Below, in pieces: positions 58,560 to 64,000 of a stretch of DNA of 64,000 bases. The notes under the pieces are model-generated. The model ran no database searches. It saw only the letters and a program-made list of their open reading frames with translations, and had not been told where the DNA came from. Source of the stretch: an uncultured Flavobacterium sp. (GTDB lineage Bacteria; Bacteroidota; Bacteroidia; Flavobacteriales; Flavobacteriaceae); contig CAJXSU010000005.1 in NCBI GenBank assembly GCA_913061465.1, forward strand, positions 504 through 64,503, in the 5' to 3' direction. The position numbers and the translations under genes were made by a program. The first letter of the stretch is position 1; every line of letters begins with the position of its first letter.

Positions 58560-59993
58560 TTAAAACTCTGCATTTTGCGGAGTCCTTGGGAATGGTATAA
58601 CATCTCTGATGTTACTCATACCAGTAGCGAACTGAACTAACCTTTCAAACCCTAACCCAAAACCAGAATGTACTGCAGTTCCAAATTTCCTAGTGTCTAA
58701 ATACCACCACAATTCTTTTTCATCAATATCTAAAGCAGCCATTTTTTCTTTTAAAACATCTAGACGTTCCTCACGTTGTGCTCCTCCTACAATTTCCCCA
58801 ATCCCGGGAAATAAAACATCCATGGCTCTTACCGTTTTTCCATCTTCATTCAAACGCATGTAAAATGCTTTAATGTTGGCTGGATAATCAAATAAAATTA
58901 CAGGGCATTTAAAATGTTTTTCAACCAAAAAACGTTCATGTTCAGATTGTAAATCTGCTCCCCATTCATGTATTGGAAATTGAAATTTTTTCTTTTTATT
59001 GGGCTTGCAATTTCGTAAAATATCAATTGCTTCTGAATAACTAACCCGTTTGAAGTTATTTTCTACTACGAAGTTTAATTTCTCTAGTAATGACATTTCA
59101 CTTCTTTGTAATTGTGGTTTTGTCTTTTCTTCATCAGCGAATCGCTTATCCAAAAAAGCTAAATCATCTTTACAATGTTCTATAACATATCCAAGTACAG
59201 ATTTAATAAAATCCTCTGACAAATCCATATTGCCGTCTAAATCCATAAAAGCAACTTCTGGTTCAATCATCCAAAATTCAGCTAAATGACGTGTTGTATT
59301 TGAATTTTCTGCTCTGAATGTAGGTCCAAAAGTATATACTTTACCTAAAGCCATTGCATAGGTTTCAGCTTCAAGTTGTCCAGAAACTGTTAGGTTTGTT
59401 TCTTTTCCGAAGAAATCTTGTTTGTAATCAATACTTCCATCTTCGTTTAAAGGGGCTTTATTTATTTCGAAATTTGAAACCCCAAACATCTCTCCAGCGC
59501 CTTCAGCATCGGAACCCGTTATAATTGGTGTATTAACGTAGTGAAAACCATTTTCTTGGAAATATTTATGAACAGCAAAAGATAATTTAGAGCGAACTCT
59601 CATTACTGCACTAAATGTATTTGTTCTTACTCTTAAGTGAGCATTTTCTCTTAAAAATTCTAAGCTATGTTTTTTGGGTTGAATTGGGTATTCATCAGGA
59701 TTTGAATCGCCTAATATCTGTAATGAGCAAACCTGTATTTCTATATTTTGTCCTTTCCCTTGACTTTTCACAAGTGTTCCAATAATGCAAACAGATGCAC
59801 CAGTAGTAATCCTTTTTAGAGTTTCCTCTTTTGTGTTTTCAAAATCAACAACACATTGTATATTGTGAATTGTAGAGCCATCATTTAAGGCAATAAAACG
59901 ATTACTTCTAAATGTTCTTACCCACCCTTTTAATGTAACTTCTTGTAAAGTTATATCTGATTGTAATAATTTGGCTACACTACTTGTTTTCAT
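58560..59993 (-). CDS. asnS: Asparagine--tRNA ligase
   Basis: LNDGS, LTVSGQL, FRAENSNTTRHLAEFWMIEPE, GFGLGFERL, VIPFPR. Confidence 0.97.
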   Translation of the reverse strand: MKTSSVAKLLQSDITLQEVTLKGWVRTFRSNRFIALNDGSTIHNIQCVVDFENTKEETLKRITTGASVCIIGTLVKSQGKGQNIEIQVCSLQILGDSNPDEYPIQPKKHSLEFLRENAHLRVRTNTFSAVMRVRSKLSFAVHKYFQENGFHYVNTPIITGSDAEGAGEMFGVSNFEINKAPLNEDGSIDYKQDFFGKETNLTVSGQLEAETYAMALGKVYTFGPTFRAENSNTTRHLAEFWMIEPEVAFMDLDGNMDLSEDFIKSVLGYVIEHCKDDLAFLDKRFADEEKTKPQLQRSEMSLLEKLNFVVENNFKRVSYSEAIDILRNCKPNKKKKFQFPIHEWGADLQSEHERFLVEKHFKCPVILFDYPANIKAFYMRLNEDGKTVRAMDVLFPGIGEIVGGAQREERLDVLKEKMAALDIDEKELWWYLDTRKFGTAVHSGFGLGFERLVQFATGMSNIRDVIPFPRTPQNAEF

Positions 59994-60089
59994 TATTTAA
60001 ACATTAATTTATGTTATATTAAGCACATTAAAGCAAAGATACTTTTTTGAAAAACATTGACCAATGAATACTTTGGTAATCCTTTTGGT

Positions 60090-62465
60090 TTATTTGGATT
60101 TTTTCTTTTCTTCCTGAGGAATAATTTTTATAGAAGGTTCTTTTAAAACTTTTTTATTGGCAATTTTGTCTTCAAAAGTAAGTAATAAGGAAGGCAATAA
60201 TAGTAAGTTTGAAACCATTGCAAGTAATAAGGTAACAGATACCAGCCCACCTAATGCAATAGTTCCACCAAAGCTCGATACCGTAAATACTAAGAAGCCA
60301 AAGAAAAGTACTATTGAAGTGTAAAACATACTGATTCCTGTTTCTCTCAGAGCAGCGTAAACAGATTTTCTAATCTTCCAATTATTAGCAATTAATTCCT
60401 GTCTATACTTGGCTAGGAAGTGAATGGTGTCGTCTACAGAAATCCCAAAAGCAATACTAAACACTAAGATAGTAGAGGGTTTGATAGGAATTCCAAAGAA
60501 GCCCATTAACCCCGCTGTAATAAGTAATGGTAACATGTTTGGAATTATGGAAATTAAAATCATTTTAAAAGATCTAAACATCCAAGCCATAAATAATGCA
60601 ATTAAAAAAATAGCTAAAGACAGTGAAAAGACAAGGTTACTAATTAAATAATTAGTTCCTCTTAAAAATACCAAAGCCTTTCCGGTAAAAGAGACATCAT
60701 AACGATCTTTTGGAAATTCTTTATTTACTACCTGTTGAAGTCGCTGCTGAATATCATTCATTTTGTCAGTTCCTACATCTTTCATGAAGGTGGTTATTCG
60801 ACCATATTGACCTGTAGAATCTAAAAAATTATTTAGTAAATCTGAATTTCCGTCAGAGTTTTTCGTGTATTCAAAAATATAGTTTTGTTCTTGAGATGTT
60901 GGAAGTTGGTAATATTTTGGATTGCCTTTATAATAGGCTTGTTTAGAATATTTAACCAAGTTAACAACAGATACTGGTTTAGATAATTCGGGGAAAGACT
61001 CTATAACTTCATTAAGTTTATCCATCCTTTTCAGGGTAGAAAGCTTCATAACACCTTTATCCTTTTTTGTGTCAATTAAAATTTCTAACGGCATAATACC
61101 TCCAAATTCTTTTTCAAAGAATTTAATATCCTTGTAGAAATCTTTGGTTTTTGGCATGTCTTCAATTAAACTTCCTGAAACACGTATTTGATACAATCCA
61201 ATAATTCCTAAAATTATAATAATAACTGTAGTAATGTATATAGTTATTCTACGTTTACGCACCATATTTTCCATCCAATTCACAACATTTTCAATCCATT
61301 TTTTTTCTAAATGATTGAGATGTTTCTTCTTTGGAGGCTTCATAAAGCTGTAAAGAATGGGAATAATTAAAAGTGCTAAAACAAAAATGCTTAATATATT
61401 TATAGAGGCAAGAATACCAAATTCTCTAAGTAATTGACTTTTAACAAAAACAAAAGTAGCGAAACCTGATGCAGTTGTAATATTAGTCATTAAGGTAGCA
61501 TTACCTATTTTAGAAATGACACGTTGTAATGCTTTAGCCTGCTGGCCGTGTAACTTTATTTCTTGTTGATACTTATTGATAAGGAATACAGCGTTAGGAA
61601 CACCAATAACTATAATTAAAGGGGGTATTAACGCAGTTAAAACAGTGATCTCATACCCGAAGAGACCAATAAAACCAAAAGCCCAAGTAACGCCAATGGT
61701 TACGACTAAAAGAGTAATGAATGTTGCTCTGTAGGAACGAAAAAAGAAAAAGAAAATTATCCCAGTTATAAGAAGTGCACCTAAAACAAATAATTGAATT
61801 TCATCAATAATATTCTGAGCATTTATTGTTCTTATGTATGGCATTCCTGACACACGAACATCTAAATTTGTTTCTTTTTCAAAAGCTTCTATGATAGGAA
61901 TAAGTTTTTTAAATACAAATGCTTTTCTCACAGGTGTATTTACAATTTCTTTATTTATATAGATAGCGGTTTGTATGGTTCCTGTTTCTTTATTGTAAAG
62001 TAAATTATCGTAAAAGGGAAGCTTTTCAAATAATTCTTTTTTTACAGCATCAACTGTTTTTTGAGAGGTGAGTTTTTCTGTATAAATAGACTGTAGTAAA
62101 AACTTTTTATTTTTTGTGTCTTTTTTTAACTTTTTAACGTCAGCAATAGACAATGTAAATTCAACCTCATTTAAAGAGTCAAATGATTTAGCTAGTGAAT
62201 TCCATAGATTAAATTTAGTAGGAGTAAAGACTGTGGAGTCTTTAATTGCAAGTAATATTAAATTTCCTTCTTCTCCAAAAATATCTAAAAATTGATTGTA
62301 TTGAATATTTACCTCATGGTCTTCAGGTAACAAGTTTGCCTCAGTGTATGAAAACCTCATATGTTTCATTTGAGAAACAAGAAAAGTTGTAGCTATGGCG
62401 ATAAGAATAAGAATTAAGTATCTGTTTTTTAAGATAATTCTTGATACTCTAGTCCAGAAATTCAT
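60090..62465 (-). CDS. MMPL/RND family exporter
   Basis: Two TM+periplasmic repeats, TTASGFATF, FGISVDDTIHF. Confidence 0.88.
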   Translation of the reverse strand: MNFWTRVSRIILKNRYLILILIAIATTFLVSQMKHMRFSYTEANLLPEDHEVNIQYNQFLDIFGEEGNLILLAIKDSTVFTPTKFNLWNSLAKSFDSLNEVEFTLSIADVKKLKKDTKNKKFLLQSIYTEKLTSQKTVDAVKKELFEKLPFYDNLLYNKETGTIQTAIYINKEIVNTPVRKAFVFKKLIPIIEAFEKETNLDVRVSGMPYIRTINAQNIIDEIQLFVLGALLITGIIFFFFFRSYRATFITLLVVTIGVTWAFGFIGLFGYEITVLTALIPPLIIVIGVPNAVFLINKYQQEIKLHGQQAKALQRVISKIGNATLMTNITTASGFATFVFVKSQLLREFGILASINILSIFVLALLIIPILYSFMKPPKKKHLNHLEKKWIENVVNWMENMVRKRRITIYITTVIIIILGIIGLYQIRVSGSLIEDMPKTKDFYKDIKFFEKEFGGIMPLEILIDTKKDKGVMKLSTLKRMDKLNEVIESFPELSKPVSVVNLVKYSKQAYYKGNPKYYQLPTSQEQNYIFEYTKNSDGNSDLLNNFLDSTGQYGRITTFMKDVGTDKMNDIQQRLQQVVNKEFPKDRYDVSFTGKALVFLRGTNYLISNLVFSLSLAIFLIALFMAWMFRSFKMILISIIPNMLPLLITAGLMGFFGIPIKPSTILVFSIAFGISVDDTIHFLAKYRQELIANNWKIRKSVYAALRETGISMFYTSIVLFFGFLVFTVSSFGGTIALGGLVSVTLLLAMVSNLLLLPSLLLTFEDKIANKKVLKEPSIKIIPQEEKKKSK

Positions 62466-62518
62466 TCTTATTTATATTAAGATTTTGGGTTGCTATTAAC
62501 TAAGTTTTTATGAGGCTT

Positions 62519-63073
62519 TTAAACAGTCATAATTTCTTTTTCTTTTAAGTCAAATAGTTCCTCAGTTTTTTTAACAAAAGTGTCTGTAAGTTGTTGAATA
62601 TCTGTCTCTACATTCTTTTTCATATCGTCAGATATGTCTAATTTTTTTATTTCATTGTTAGCTTCTTTTCGAGCATTTCTTATACCAACCTTCGCATGTT
62701 CAGCTTCTGACTTTGCTTGTTTTGCAAGGCCACGCCTTCTTTCTTCTGTTAAAGGAGGTACATTAATAATTATATTTTCACCATTATTCATTGGATTAAA
62801 ACCAATATTAGCTTTCATTATAGCTTTTTCAATCTCTGTAAGCATTTGTTTTTCCCAAGGTTGAATGCTAATAGTTCTAGCGTCAGGTGTATTTACATTT
62901 GCAACTTGCCCTAAGGGAGTTTGAGAGCCATAATAATCTACCATGATATTTGAGAGCATAGATGGTGATGCTTTCCCCGCTCTAATACTTCTTAATTCTT
63001 TGATTAAAAAATCTATAGTTCCTTGCATTTGTTCTTTTGCAGAATCTACGATAAATTCAATTTCTTCATTCAT
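62519..63073 (-). CDS. frr: Ribosome recycling factor
   Basis: IRAGKASP, VDYYGS, PPLTEERR, IRNAR, KEKEIMTV. Confidence 0.97.
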   Translation of the reverse strand: MNEEIEFIVDSAKEQMQGTIDFLIKELRSIRAGKASPSMLSNIMVDYYGSQTPLGQVANVNTPDARTISIQPWEKQMLTEIEKAIMKANIGFNPMNNGENIIINVPPLTEERRRGLAKQAKSEAEHAKVGIRNARKEANNEIKKLDISDDMKKNVETDIQQLTDTFVKKTEELFDLKEKEIMTV

Positions 63074-63088
63074 AAGTATGATATTTTG

Positions 63089-63905
<817 letters not shown>

Positions 63906-63959
63906 GTGAGTTATATTTTTTAATATACTGAAGTGACTCCAAGATACTAAAAAAACATA

Positions 63960-64000
63960 TTATCCTAAGGCAACACGTTTAAATCCTGTTACGCTTACAT
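63960..64000 (-). CDS. tsf: Elongation factor Ts, C-terminal fragment (truncated by the window edge)
   Basis: Minus strand reads ...VSVTGFKRVALG*, which resembles an EF-Ts C-terminus. The tsf-pyrH-frr order is canonical. Not in the ORF track. Confidence 0.75.
   Translation of the reverse strand, partial: VSVTGFKRVALG

Overview
AT-rich, gene-dense chromosomal segment from a member of the Bacteroidota, most likely a marine Flavobacteriaceae (Polaribacter/Tenacibaculum-like). This rests on TAnnTTTG -7 promoters, A-rich leaders without Shine-Dalgarno sequences, a separate atpD-atpC pair and the pyrH-frr-MMPL-asnS-rpoN gene order. Most of it is core genome: ABC-F, envC cluster, dprA, mfd, addA-like, kbl/tdh, ompA, atpDC, truB-uppP-ftsX, mce, rbfA, dusB, lepA, ansA, exbB-exbD, rpoN, asnS, frr, pyrH and the 3' end of tsf. 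I found no tRNA, rRNA, CRISPR array, IS or prophage. The most interesting parts are: (1) a tight four-gene envelope operon (monoheme cytochrome c lipoprotein, YceI, OB-fold membrane protein, DUF5777-type beta-barrel) near a SOUL heme-binding gene, a candidate undescribed outer-membrane redox/heme module; (2) a TonB receptor, surface lipoprotein and exported EEP nuclease, a candidate DNA-utilisation locus; (3) an unannotated protein after dprA with HipA/PI3K-like kinase motifs; (4) a TonB receptor with a CxxC plug, DtxR/MntR regulator and ZIP transporter sharing a palindromic operator; (5) a structured 5' leader on mce and an orphan terminator upstream of the ABC-F gene; (6) several apparently leaderless genes. 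All family calls come from motif recognition by eye; no database search was run.
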